Shown here piece after piece: positions 9,987 through 20,211 of a DNA stretch of 64,000 nucleotides. Within the stretch, counting starts at the first letter, position 1. Every line of letters begins with the position of its first letter. The notes under the pieces are model-generated. The model was not told the DNA's origin and ran no database searches. It worked only from the letters and a program-made list of their open reading frames with translations. The position numbers and the translations under genes are program-made. This stretch comes from an uncultured Cellvibrionales bacterium (GTDB taxonomy: Bacteria; Pseudomonadota; Gammaproteobacteria; Pseudomonadales; CAWVSB01), in the NCBI GenBank assembly GCA_963933215.1, contig CAWVSB010000004.1, forward strand, positions 11,887 through 75,886, read 5' to 3'.

Positions 9987-10241
9987 TTATTTGTTTTTGT
10001 TTAGGCTAGTTTGCTTTTTACGTGCTTGTTTTTCTAATTCGTCATTTGACAAACCGCTAGTTCCGCCATTCATTAAGCGTTCGTCTGTGGTTCTCATATC
10101 TAAATCACAAGCCTGACCGCCGGTGGTTTCTTGGCACTCGGTTGAGCCCAAGCTGCCATAGGCTGCATTGCCTAGTTCTTCATAAGTACAGCCTGTTATT
10201 AGCACTAGAGTGAATACTGTGATGGTTAATTTGGATATCAT
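9987..10241 (-). CDS. small putative lipoprotein
   Basis: 84 aa with a lipobox LITGC after a hydrophobic leader. No recognisable family. Confidence 0.5.
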   Translation of the reverse strand: MISKLTITVFTLVLITGCTYEELGNAAYGSLGSTECQETTGGQACDLDMRTTDERLMNGGTSGLSNDELEKQARKKQTSLNKNK

Positions 10242-10375
10242 ACTTTCATCCTGAAATAGAGTTGTTAATTTATTGATAGTACACAGTTATGTGTCTTACG
10301 CAGACGTTTTTTTACGAAGATAATTCACGATAAATTCCGCCTATGATTAGTAGCGATAATCATAACGAAGCGTTG

Positions 10376-11170
10376 CTATGTGCTCATAGTAATTTCGTTA
10401 CAGATAAGAGGCGCCGCATAAAATAGCGCCGAGAAGTGGGACAAACCATCTAAGGTCTTTAGGCTGACAGATTTTGATATGGCGCTTTGTAAATAAGTTG
10501 CCATGCTGAAAGGGGACCAATTGTCTTCAGTCCCATGCCATAGATAGGTCTGGCTTGCGTTAACTGTTATATCGTTGCTCCAGTTTACATAGTTACTAAT
10601 GTCGCGTTTGTACGCGCCGGAATGGTATTTAAAACAGTCGGCTAAAATGGGGGTTATCGTTGCTTTAAAATCAGCCGTACTGCTTAAAGCTTTGTCTTTA
10701 CCTGCAGCACTTGCGAACAGCATGCGTGTTAACAGCTTAGGTGCTACGGTTGCCAGCAATTGTTGAAAGCTTGTCAGCAGTGAGAACAACAACGGTTTAT
10801 CTCTGGCTAGTTTGAAAACAGCTCCGCCAGCCATGGTGTCCAAAAAATCACCATGGCTAAGCGGCGCGGCGGAAGAGACTAAATGTAATTGGTTTACTTG
10901 GCTGCCTAAAACTGCGCTGACTTCTAGCGCCACATGGGCACCAATTGAAAAACCAATGATGTTAATCGGTTTGTCACCGGCGATGTCAGTGATATTTTTG
11001 GCTATCTGTTGGTAATATTTTTTGCCGTCAGAGAAGGCTTCAATAGAATATCTGTCGATACCAATAAGCTTTACATTATGTTGTGTGGCTTGCTTTTCAA
11101 ACATGGCGCATTCTGCCGTCGAGCCAGGCACGCCGTGTAAATAAAATATTAGCGTTTTATCAAAGGCCAT
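10376..11170 (-). CDS. alpha/beta hydrolase
   Basis: HGVPGS oxyanion-type block and nucleophile elbow GFSIGAH (GxSxG). Confidence 0.75.
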   Translation of the reverse strand: MAFDKTLIFYLHGVPGSTAECAMFEKQATQHNVKLIGIDRYSIEAFSDGKKYYQQIAKNITDIAGDKPINIIGFSIGAHVALEVSAVLGSQVNQLHLVSSAAPLSHGDFLDTMAGGAVFKLARDKPLLFSLLTSFQQLLATVAPKLLTRMLFASAAGKDKALSSTADFKATITPILADCFKYHSGAYKRDISNYVNWSNDITVNASQTYLWHGTEDNWSPFSMATYLQSAISKSVSLKTLDGLSHFSALFYAAPLICNEITMST

Positions 11171-11291
11171 TTTTATACTTACCTATTTTGTTAGTTTGTA
11201 GTAATTGCTTGTTGTCGCGCTTGCTACTAGTCGGGCTTCATAATATGTTTGTTATCAAATAATTAGTAGCACTTATCAATAGGATACACGC

Positions 11292-12692
11292 ATGCAAGTT
11301 AGCGCCCCCACAAACGACGTACTTGGTACTTTAACGGCAGTTGAAATTGGGCGGCATATCGCCAACGGTGACTTTACCGCTAGTGAGTCTATACAGGCTG
11401 CTATCGCTCGCTTAAAGGCTGTTAACCCAGCATTGAACGCAGTGGCCTGTGAGCGCTTTGAGCAAGCTTTGGTGGATGCCAATGGCGCCGGCAACGGCTC
11501 GGCTGTATTTACTGGCGTGCCATCGTTTATTAAAGACAATACTGATTTACAGGGCTTGCCGACAAAACATGGCAGCCGCGCTACTATTAATAGTCCAGTG
11601 GCGAAAGATGCGGCATTTAGCCAGCAATTTTTGGCTACCGGTTTAATACCTATTGCTAAAACTAACCTGCCTGAATTTGGTTTAACGGCAACCACTGAAT
11701 ATAGCCAAAGCGCGCCGGTGCGTAATCCTTGGAATACTAATCATTCTACGGGAGGCTCATCCGGGGGCTCTGCCGCCTTGGTGGCGGCGGGTGTTGTGCC
11801 TATTGCCCATGCTAATGACGGTGGCGGCTCTATTCGTATTCCTGCGGCCTGTTGTGGTTTGGTAGGATTAAAGTCGTCAGTAGGGCGCTTAGTTGCGCCA
11901 GCCATGTCTAAGCATTTACCCATCGATATTGTGGTTGATGGCGTGGTGTCACGCACCGTCGCCGACACCGCTGCGTTTTATACCGCTAGCGAGAAGTATT
12001 ATCGCAATAGTGCATTGCCAGCTTTAGAGGGTGTCAGTATGGCTATTGATAAACCCTTAACAATTGGCCTTAGTCTTGATCACCCTATGGGTGGGGTTGT
12101 TGACGCTGACGTAGTGGCAGGGGTGGAAAAAGTTGCCAAAGTCTGTGAGGCTTTGGGGCATAAAGTGGAAATAGTGCCATCGCAAGTGTCGGCGCAAATG
12201 GCCGATGATTTCTTTTTATATTGGGCCAGATCGGCAGCAGCGATTAATTATTTAGGCAAGTTTGAATTTGGTTGGGGTTTTAATCGCCGCCAACTAGAGC
12301 CGTTAACCAAACATTTGTCTAAGCACTTTATGGGGCAGTGGTGGAAAAGCTTTGGTGCGATAAGTCGTTTGCGTCAATTTGCGGTTGAGTATAAAAACAC
12401 TTTTAACGATTATGATTTAATTCTGACGCCTACCTTAGCTAAAGCGCCAGTTGAACTGGGTTATTTGGCGATGGATTTAGACTTTGCTAACGCTTATGAG
12501 CGCTTAAACCATTACGCGCCTTTTACGCCAGTGCAAAATGTTTCAGGCACGCCGGCAATAAGCTTACCGTTAGCACAAAGCAGTAGCGGCTTGCCAATAG
12601 GTGTGCAGTTTGCTGCGGGCATGGGGCAGGAGGCATTGTTACTGCAAATAGCCTACCAAATGGAGGCGGAAATGCCTTGGTCGTATGAGTAG
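11292..12692 (+). CDS. amidase (amidase-signature family)
   Basis: Amidase signature GGSSGGSAALVAAGVVPIAHANDGGGSIRIPA. Confidence 0.9.
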   Translation: MQVSAPTNDVLGTLTAVEIGRHIANGDFTASESIQAAIARLKAVNPALNAVACERFEQALVDANGAGNGSAVFTGVPSFIKDNTDLQGLPTKHGSRATINSPVAKDAAFSQQFLATGLIPIAKTNLPEFGLTATTEYSQSAPVRNPWNTNHSTGGSSGGSAALVAAGVVPIAHANDGGGSIRIPAACCGLVGLKSSVGRLVAPAMSKHLPIDIVVDGVVSRTVADTAAFYTASEKYYRNSALPALEGVSMAIDKPLTIGLSLDHPMGGVVDADVVAGVEKVAKVCEALGHKVEIVPSQVSAQMADDFFLYWARSAAAINYLGKFEFGWGFNRRQLEPLTKHLSKHFMGQWWKSFGAISRLRQFAVEYKNTFNDYDLILTPTLAKAPVELGYLAMDLDFANAYERLNHYAPFTPVQNVSGTPAISLPLAQSSSGLPIGVQFAAGMGQEALLLQIAYQMEAEMPWSYE

Positions 12693-13254
12693 TCTTATAT
12701 CTTTTTTAAACCAAATTAGCCCTTTGTCAGCGCAGACCACTGCGCTAGTTGCGTCTAAGTTTGTCGCTGACAAGTTAAAAAAAGGTGACTACTTTATTGG
12801 TGAAGGCGTCTACGCGAAGGAAATCGCATTCTTGGAGCGGGGTGCGGTAAGAGCCTTTTATACCAATAATGACGGCAAGGAGTACAATAAAACCTTCTTT
12901 GTTGCTCCCGCCATTATCGGCTCCTATGTCTCGCTTATCAGTAAAGAGAAAAACAATTTGCCGCAACAAGCGTTAACTGATTGTGTGATTTGGCGAATGA
13001 AGTATGACGAATTAGAACGTTTGTCTGACAACAATTATGAACTAGAGCGCTTGCGTAGGCGTATAGCCGAACGGTTTTTTGTGAGCAATGAAAAAAAGCA
13101 GCTGAAAATGGCTTTGTTAGACGCTGCTGATCGTTATTTATTTTTTAAAGAAGAATACCCCGGCCTTGAAGCTTTGATTCCGCAATACCATGTGGCGACT
13201 TATTTGGGCGTTAGCCCGACACAACTCAGCCGAATTAGGCAAAAACTCAGTTAA
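12685..13254 (+). CDS. Crp/Fnr family transcriptional regulator
   Basis: cNMP-binding-like N-terminal domain and C-terminal HTH VATYLGVSPTQLSRIRQKL. The start overlaps the amidase stop by 8 nt. Confidence 0.8.
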   Translation: MSSLISFLNQISPLSAQTTALVASKFVADKLKKGDYFIGEGVYAKEIAFLERGAVRAFYTNNDGKEYNKTFFVAPAIIGSYVSLISKEKNNLPQQALTDCVIWRMKYDELERLSDNNYELERLRRRIAERFFVSNEKKQLKMALLDAADRYLFFKEEYPGLEALIPQYHVATYLGVSPTQLSRIRQKLS

Positions 13255-13466
13255 TTTTTATAGGTATTTACCTACGTAAATGCTTTGGTCTGTATAACCA
13301 GCCATTCTTGTGTCACTTAATTAACAGCTAGGCACAAGACGATGAAACGCGCTTTTTTTACTAAGCTTTTTTTGATCACTTCACTATGGAGTCTAGCCGC
13401 GGCCGGCGTTGGTTTCTGTCTTTACAAAGCAATCGGTCGACAAGCAGAACTAAAAAATTTTACAGC

Positions 13467-14008
13467 ATGAGATTACTATTGCCGCTGGTATTAACCTTGC
13501 TAAGTATACCTGCCCTAGGGCAGGTGGCTTGGGAGCAAGTAAAAAGTGATTCCAATGTAACTGTGTATACCAGGCAAGAACCAGGGCGAGCTTATAAATC
13601 ATTTAAGGCTGTGGGTCTTGTGCCAGCTGCCCCTGAAGACTTGCTACACATATTGGAAGACGTGAATAGCTATAACAAGTGGTTTGCGTTCCCAAAATCA
13701 GTACGTCTTTTAAATAATCAAAACAACAAGAAACACGTTTACATGGAAAACGCTTCCCTTGGCCGTTCAGTAATGAAGATATGGTTTTTATAATGTCGGT
13801 AACCAAAAGTAGTAATGGCGATATAAAGTTTAGTCTACATGGAAGGCCAGATTACCTTCCCACCATTGCTGGTGTTAAGCGAATACGTAGCGCTAACGGT
13901 TATATTTTATTGCAGCCTGTCGATGAAGACACTTTAGTTACCTATGAAATGAACACAGAATTTAGTGGCGCCATAGCGCCTTGGCTGGCCAATAAGTATA
14001 TTCATTAA
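13467..14008 (+). pseudogene. START/lipid-binding domain protein, disrupted by a frameshift (or sequencing error)
   Basis: Signal peptide MRLLLPLVLTLLSIPALGQ starts at 13467. The reading frame ends at 13793, but the family motif FPWPFSNEDMVF continues in the -1 frame into ORF 13781-14008. Restoring one T at the TT at 13754-13755 joins the halves as ...HVYMENAFPWPFSNEDMVF... Confidence 0.7.
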
Positions 14009-14079
14009 ATGCCGTTTCAAACACTCAATAGTCTGGTTGAGATTGTTGCAGCGATATAGAATTTTTCACCGATAACCGT

Positions 14080-14970
14080 TTAGACAAATAGTAGAAGAAT
14101 CAATATGCCAATTAGTATTGCCAACATACCAACTGCTTCTCTCAATGAAATTTTTTCATTAAAGAAGAAATAAGAAATTATTAGCGCGAAAATAAGTTCT
14201 ACTTGGCCTAGAGATCTTACTAGCGCCGCATTTTGATACGTCATTGCGGTGTACCAGCCGATAGAGCCACATGCACTTGTTGCGCCGACAAATAACGCCA
14301 ATGATGTGTTTTTCTTCAGTAGAAAAAGTTGATCTTTCTCGGTGACAAAAACATAGACAAGACATAGCATCGTTTGCAGGGATACTGTAAAAATAAGTGT
14401 AATAGCGGCATTTAGAATAAATGAATATTCTAAACTTAAGCTGGATTCACGTAACCACAAGGCGGTAAACGCAAATCCAACTCCAGATAATATGCCGTAT
14501 TTGATACTAGCGGGATCAATATCTTCAGCTCGTTTGGGAATACTGATTAGAATAATGCCAACTGCGCCCACTATTATCGCGACCCAGCCTAGCCAGGATA
14601 AAAAAGCGTTAAAGAAAACCATGCCAAGGACAGCGGCTTGTATCGCTTCTGTTTTAGCGAAAACGGTACCAATGGCAAAACTGCGCAGCTGCAGAACTTT
14701 GATCAACCAAAATGTTGCGGCGATTTGGGCAACACTGGCAGCGCAGGCATATAATAAAAACGACGGCCTATAAATGCTGCTAACAATATCAGCTAAAGAA
14801 TGACTTCCGATCACCAGCAGTAAGTACAGCATTGCGAACGGCAAGCCATACATATAACGCACTAATGTTGTCGTCATAGGGCTTAAATAGTTTGATAGCT
14901 TCTTTTGCCCTGCAGTCCGGATAGTCTGCATAAGTGCGGCGAGTAAGGTAAATAAGACCCAAGTTTCCAT
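14080..14970 (-). CDS. DMT superfamily (EamA-like) transporter
   Basis: 296 aa with about 10 predicted TM helices in two EamA-like halves. Confidence 0.8.
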   Translation of the reverse strand: METWVLFTLLAALMQTIRTAGQKKLSNYLSPMTTTLVRYMYGLPFAMLYLLLVIGSHSLADIVSSIYRPSFLLYACAASVAQIAATFWLIKVLQLRSFAIGTVFAKTEAIQAAVLGMVFFNAFLSWLGWVAIIVGAVGIILISIPKRAEDIDPASIKYGILSGVGFAFTALWLRESSLSLEYSFILNAAITLIFTVSLQTMLCLVYVFVTEKDQLFLLKKNTSLALFVGATSACGSIGWYTAMTYQNAALVRSLGQVELIFALIISYFFFNEKISLREAVGMLAILIGILILLLFV

Positions 14971-15143
14971 GCTGCTTCCAGTTTGGTTTCATGCAGTTTG
15001 GGGCATACCGTCTTATAAATAAAATGAATAGTTTTGATGCATGTCATTACTAAAAGGAATGCTAAAAAATTACTGTTTGTGTCTTATGACCTTATAAATA
15101 TGCAGGTACAAAGCCAATTTGACTAAGGTACCCGCGCCTATGT

Positions 15144-16253
15144 TTACTTGCCTACGTACTTTGCTCGTGGCCGTATTAATTTGCTGTTGTCACTGAACTC
15201 TAAATAATGCGCGATATAACCATACACTCTGGCCATAGCAAACAAAGCAGTAAAATAGTGTGGCGGCACCCCTAATTGATAAAATACTGCGCCTTTATAA
15301 AACTCTACGTTGGCCCAAATCTCTTTGCCGTTGGCACTAAACGCTTGGTTACATTCGGTTTCAACCGCGACCAAAGTATCGAATAGACGTTTTGCATCGC
15401 CGCTGTCACAAAGCTTAGCGGCCATAGGCTTTAAAATGTTGGCTCTTGGGTCTACTACTTTGTATTCTCGGTGGCCCATACCCATAATTTTTGTTTTTTC
15501 GGCTAGACATTTTGCTACATAACTAGCTGCTAGTTCGGGCGAGCCTATTGTTGCTGCCATTTCCAGCGCCGCCTGATCTGCGCCGCCGTGTAACACCCCA
15601 AATAAGGTGCCTATTGATGCCGCGATAGATGACTGAATCGGAGCCAAGGTACTGGCGCAGACGCGGCCAGCAAACGTGCCAGCATTAAAGCTGTGCTCCA
15701 TTTGTAATATTTGGGTGGCATCTAATACCTTAGTTTGATTGTCGGTGGGTGCTGCGCCGTTAAACATCATCAAAAAGTTTTCATGCAGGCTAAGGCTGGC
15801 ATTAATGCTAGTAACTGTATTGCCCAGTTCTCGTTGCCGCCAGCTTGCGATTAGGCTTGGTAACTTAGCCGCAATAATTAGTCCATTGTGTGCAGTGGCA
15901 GATAAACCACTAAGTTCACTTGTTGGTGTTAAACCCAGCATTGGCACCATGGTTTGGAGCATTAACATTGGATGTAGATCTTTAGGTAAAGCGCTTAGCA
16001 CAGCCAGTTCAGTGGCATTCAACTTACTGTGCGTTGCCATAAAACCTTCTAGTACATTGCGTTCTTCAGCGCTTGGTTCGGTGCCAAATAGCACTTGCCA
16101 GACTACCTGCATAAAAGGTTTGTCTACTAAGTCTTCAATAGGATAGCCGCGGTAACTTAAAATACCTGCTTCGCCGTCAACATTGGAAATACTGGTTTCG
16201 CCCACTTCTATGCCAGCAAGGTCTGGTGAAAAGATGGTTTGAGTTGTCATCAT
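15144..16253 (-). CDS. citrate synthase family protein (short form; citrate/2-methylcitrate synthase-like)
   Basis: Citrate synthase signature GMGHREYKVVDPRA and the GVLHGGA block. 369 aa. Confidence 0.85.
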   Translation of the reverse strand: MMTTQTIFSPDLAGIEVGETSISNVDGEAGILSYRGYPIEDLVDKPFMQVVWQVLFGTEPSAEERNVLEGFMATHSKLNATELAVLSALPKDLHPMLMLQTMVPMLGLTPTSELSGLSATAHNGLIIAAKLPSLIASWRQRELGNTVTSINASLSLHENFLMMFNGAAPTDNQTKVLDATQILQMEHSFNAGTFAGRVCASTLAPIQSSIAASIGTLFGVLHGGADQAALEMAATIGSPELAASYVAKCLAEKTKIMGMGHREYKVVDPRANILKPMAAKLCDSGDAKRLFDTLVAVETECNQAFSANGKEIWANVEFYKGAVFYQLGVPPHYFTALFAMARVYGYIAHYLEFSDNSKLIRPRAKYVGK

Positions 16254-16344
16254 GTGTCTCTCATTTTATTCAGGTGGCGGCAGTGTAGGAAACCAAATAG
16301 AATAAGTTAACTTAATAATACTTATTAAACTATAAGGTGTTCTT

Positions 16345-17235
16345 ATGCGTATTGAAAATAACGAGTTGCGTATTTTTCAAGGGGTGATTGAAGCTAACGG
16401 ATTTAACAAGGCAGCTGAGCGATTGCATATAAGTCAATCGGCGGTAAGCCAATCAATTTCTAATTTGGAATTTAAGCTGGACTTGCCACTAATTAACCGC
16501 GGTAAATCATTAACGCTAACTCCTGCAGGTAAACGCTTGTTAGAACATGCGGTTGAGGTGTTGCGCGAAGAGCAGCAAGTGATAGAAGATTTGTCGAGGA
16601 TTAAAAGCGGCGATCAACAAGTGTTAAATCTAGCAATAAATAGCACTATTAATCGCTTTTATGCCCCGCAGTTAATTACTAAGTTCTGCCAGCAGCATAA
16701 AAATACTCAGTTAAAAATAGCTGAGCTACCCAGCCGCAATCTTATTTATGATGTGTTGGCCGGCAAAGTAGAGCTGGCTCTCGGGCCTTTTCAAAAACAA
16801 ATGGATGCGTTTACGACTATTGCGTTATTTCGAGAGAATCGTTATTTAGTCGTTAGCCCAAAACATCCTGAATTTAATAAGGTAATAAAAGGTAATGCTA
16901 AAACTCTGCGTAAAACATCACTTATTACGTCATCTTTAGACACGCCAGAAAAACGCCCAGCTATTGCCCGTATTCGTGACCGCTTTCAGTCAGTATGGGA
17001 AGTATCTAGCCTAGAGATAACAATACATTTAGTAGAACAAGGCTTAGGCGTAGCGTTTGTTAACGGTAAAATGCTAAGTGATCATCCCGCCTGCCGAGAC
17101 TTTGTTGCTATTAATGGGGTTGCCTATGGTGATATAGAAAGACAAGTGGGCCTTTATTACAAGGCCGGTAAAACACTTAGCAGTGGGGCGGAAGAATTTA
17201 TAAAAATATGTAGTGATTTTTGGGGGCATAATTAA
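16345..17235 (+). CDS. LysR family transcriptional regulator
   Basis: N-terminal HTH FNKAAERLHISQSAVSQSISNLE plus a LysR substrate-binding domain. Divergent from the citrate-synthase-like gene. Confidence 0.9.
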   Translation: MRIENNELRIFQGVIEANGFNKAAERLHISQSAVSQSISNLEFKLDLPLINRGKSLTLTPAGKRLLEHAVEVLREEQQVIEDLSRIKSGDQQVLNLAINSTINRFYAPQLITKFCQQHKNTQLKIAELPSRNLIYDVLAGKVELALGPFQKQMDAFTTIALFRENRYLVVSPKHPEFNKVIKGNAKTLRKTSLITSSLDTPEKRPAIARIRDRFQSVWEVSSLEITIHLVEQGLGVAFVNGKMLSDHPACRDFVAINGVAYGDIERQVGLYYKAGKTLSSGAEEFIKICSDFWGHN

Positions 17236-17282
17236 GAGGATTTTTTTTGCCCTATTCATGCCCTATTGTTAACAGCTAAAAT

Positions 17283-18080
17283 TTATAAAATAAAAGGTAT
17301 TAATACTTTTCGCTGCGAAGGATATTCGTCACCAAACTTCTTTTGATACCAACGATGGCTTTGAAATGCACGTGGTATCAAATTAGCCGCACTGACTAAC
17401 AACACGAATATTGCGCCTAAACCCCAGGTGGCAATAGCGAACCCGGTAAAAGATAACAGCTCAGTAAAATAACTAGGGTTTGTTACATAGTTAAATAAAC
17501 CACCTTGCGGTATGCGGTAAACTTTTTCACCTCTAGCCACTTCTTCCTTGCTACGTAAATTACGGATAATAGCGTCTGAGTGAATATTCATGATGAAACC
17601 AAAAAGGTAGATAGCCATCCCAATAATAAAGCGTGGATCGGTCAGCCAGTCTGCTGTTAGATGGTCGCTAATATGTGAAATAAATACGGCATTTAGATAA
17701 CCGTGCAAGGTTGTTACTAACCACCCCGCGCCAATTACCATAATGCTAAAACTACCTTTAGAGCCCTTAGCAACACGCATTAGTAGAGGAAAAATAAATC
17801 CTCGGTTGCCATAATGCATAATCCAAACACCTAAAAAGATCATTGGTACTAATTCAAACCGATTGTCGCCCTGAAAATAGAAAAACAGAAAACTTAAGGT
17901 TGCTGGCAGCTCCATCAAAAACCAACCAAGCCTTGGTGAAACATTAATGCCTTTTTTACTATTGGCAAATCGTCCATAGGGCGCAGGTGCGATCAAGCCA
18001 CCGACGACAATTAATGCTACATATATAAATGATGAGTACAAAATAATTTGGTAAGTATCTGCTTGTAATAAATCAATCAT
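17283..18080 (-). CDS. 3-oxo-5-alpha-steroid 4-dehydrogenase (steroid 5-alpha-reductase)/DUF1295-like membrane reductase
   Basis: Polytopic membrane protein. The C-terminal block YRIPQGGLFNYVTNPSYFTELLSFTGFAIATWG is typical of the steroid 5-alpha-reductase C-terminal domain. Confidence 0.7.
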   Translation of the reverse strand: MIDLLQADTYQIILYSSFIYVALIVVGGLIAPAPYGRFANSKKGINVSPRLGWFLMELPATLSFLFFYFQGDNRFELVPMIFLGVWIMHYGNRGFIFPLLMRVAKGSKGSFSIMVIGAGWLVTTLHGYLNAVFISHISDHLTADWLTDPRFIIGMAIYLFGFIMNIHSDAIIRNLRSKEEVARGEKVYRIPQGGLFNYVTNPSYFTELLSFTGFAIATWGLGAIFVLLVSAANLIPRAFQSHRWYQKKFGDEYPSQRKVLIPFIL

Positions 18081-18638
18081 GCTTAAGCCTTTAATTACAC
18101 CTTCGCTGCTGCCAAAGTCATATGCGCGCAGTGATAGCAGTGCGAGGTAGGGTTAGCTTTATTATCCTTCAAAAAATATTGAAGAAAAATTAAACCTTTT
18201 AACGAATCTAGATAATACTGCTGATTTGCCTGCTTGACCGTTAACAGTTTGTTATAGAGCTTGTTGAGCTATCGTCTATGTCTGTCGAATATCGATGGGC
18301 TTGGGTATTATCTGCAACTGGGTAGCTTATGTCTGAGGTGAAGGTACATTCTCTATCATCATTGACGTCGATGTCTAATTCGCTTTAAGGCAAAATAATA
18401 TATGCACTTGCTACACCAATTATCTGCCAAGTAACCAGCAGCGTGCGCAACCATTCTGACGCAGATATAGTCGAATTGTTTAGTTTGCCAGTAAGCTGTG
18501 CCGGTCTCGCCAGAATATTTAGTTGGTTTAACTTGTCGCCAGGCGGTAATACTAAAAGGTAAGTTACTTATATTGATAAGTTAATCCGCAACTGCGATAC
18601 AGCCGTTTATCTACTACAGGCTGTTGAATGAGCTTTTA

Positions 18639-19133
18639 CTAGAGCCCCTTTTCCCAAAACATCGCATTGCCCATGTTTGGATCTAGGGCATAACCTGCAA
18701 AACCGAATTTTAAGTAAGCGTTTTTAGCAACAGTATTACCTTCTAGAACTTCTAGCGTAATTTTACAGCAACCGCGCTGGCGGGCGACTTCTTCAACAGT
18801 CTGTAGCATGTGTTGACTCACTTGTTTGCCACGAAATCCGCCAGCAACGATGACATCGTGAATGTTAATCAGTGGTTTACATTTAAACGTTGAAAAACCT
18901 TGCAGGCAATTAGTTAAGCCAGCAGGTTTACCATCTACATAGCACAACACCGTAAATGCATTGGGTACCTTATCTAGCTCTGCGGCTAAGTTGTCTTGTA
19001 CATATTGTGGCAGGGCTTGGCCACCACCCATCGGGTCTTGGGCGTAGCTGTTTAATAAAAAGCTAATATCCGTAGCATGTTGTGGGTTTTGGTAGTCGGC
19101 AATAAATACTTCTGTTGTCATAAATTTGTCCAA
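18639..19133 (-). CDS. GNAT family N-acetyltransferase
   Basis: 164 aa with acetyl-CoA-binding-like block VIVAGGFRGKQVSQHMLQ and a C-terminal NTVAKNAYLKFGF. Confidence 0.8.
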   Translation of the reverse strand: MDKFMTTEVFIADYQNPQHATDISFLLNSYAQDPMGGGQALPQYVQDNLAAELDKVPNAFTVLCYVDGKPAGLTNCLQGFSTFKCKPLINIHDVIVAGGFRGKQVSQHMLQTVEEVARQRGCCKITLEVLEGNTVAKNAYLKFGFAGYALDPNMGNAMFWEKGL

Positions 19134-19135
19134 TT

Positions 19136-20065
19136 TTAAGCGTATTGCTGCGCCATGTTTTTCATAATGGTTTCAAACTCTGCAATGGTTTCATCAATAA
19201 TTTCTTTTACTGATTTAATCGCGTCTATACGGCCACAGACTTGGCCAGTTAACGGAATTGCTGCTTCCATGTCGCCGCCAAAATATAAGTCTTTAAGATT
19301 TGCCATATGGTCATAGATAGGAAATTGACCTAGCAGCTCTAATTCACTCGTCAAGTTGGTGCGCATTGCGCGTAGGGCAGGTTTGGCTTGTTGGTTTAAA
19401 AATACCGTGTCAGTTTCTTTGGCGTTAACAATTGAATCCTTCCAGTTGCTATGCACTGGTGACTCTAGTGCCGACACCATGCGAGTACCCATTTGAATTC
19501 CTTCGGCGCCCATAGCAAATGCACCAGCCATTGATGCGCCATCGCTAATGCCGCCCGCAGCAATAATGGGTATGTCTACCTTAGAACGGATAAGTGGCAA
19601 TAGCACCATAGTTGAAACTGGGCTAGGGTTTTTAAAGCCGCCACCTTCACCGCCTTCAACTATTAATCCATCTACGCCAGCATCCATTGCTTTCATGGCG
19701 GTGGCAAGCGTTGGTACTACATGGAATACCTTTATGCCCGCGGCTTGAAAATCTTTAGTACATACCGCTGGGCTGCCAGATGAGGTGGTAACAAATTTAA
19801 CCCCTTGCTCGATTACAAAGTCGATAATATTGCTGCCGCGCACATAAGATAACGCCACGTTAATACCAAATGGCTTATCGGTTAGCTCACGCATTTTTGC
19901 TACTTCTAGCTTGATATTATCTAGTTCGCCAGACGAGGTTTCGATAATGCCCATGCCTCCGGCGTTGGATACAGCTGATGCCAATTGAGCGCGAGCTATC
20001 CAACCCATGGGGGCTTGAATAATAGGATATTGGGTGCCAAGTATTTCAGTTACGCGGTTTTTCAT
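19136..20065 (-). CDS. nitronate monooxygenase / NAD(P)H-dependent flavin oxidoreductase (FabK-like TIM barrel)
   Basis: YPIIQAPMGWIA N-terminal motif and IIAAGGISDG FMN-binding block. Confidence 0.85.
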   Translation of the reverse strand: MKNRVTEILGTQYPIIQAPMGWIARAQLASAVSNAGGMGIIETSSGELDNIKLEVAKMRELTDKPFGINVALSYVRGSNIIDFVIEQGVKFVTTSSGSPAVCTKDFQAAGIKVFHVVPTLATAMKAMDAGVDGLIVEGGEGGGFKNPSPVSTMVLLPLIRSKVDIPIIAAGGISDGASMAGAFAMGAEGIQMGTRMVSALESPVHSNWKDSIVNAKETDTVFLNQQAKPALRAMRTNLTSELELLGQFPIYDHMANLKDLYFGGDMEAAIPLTGQVCGRIDAIKSVKEIIDETIAEFETIMKNMAQQYA

Positions 20066-20211
20066 TCACGGCTTCTCTTATCGTGATTTATGGGTAGTTT
20101 TACCAACAGTTTTTACAAAATGGTAATCGACGCCCAGTCTAGGGGCATCCCTAATGGCATGCAAACCGGTTATGCTAGGCGGCTACAAATGTGTGAAAAA
20201 TAGGCTAGACG

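Noticed and set aside
13342-13470. 42-codon ORF (MKRAFFTKLFLITSLWSLAAAGVGFCLYKAIGRQAELKNFTA) ending in an ATGA overlap with the START-domain gene start.
   Set aside because: It has one hydrophobic segment and a coupled stop/start, which is suggestive. It is too short to support from sequence alone and I recognise no homology, so I did not report it as a feature.
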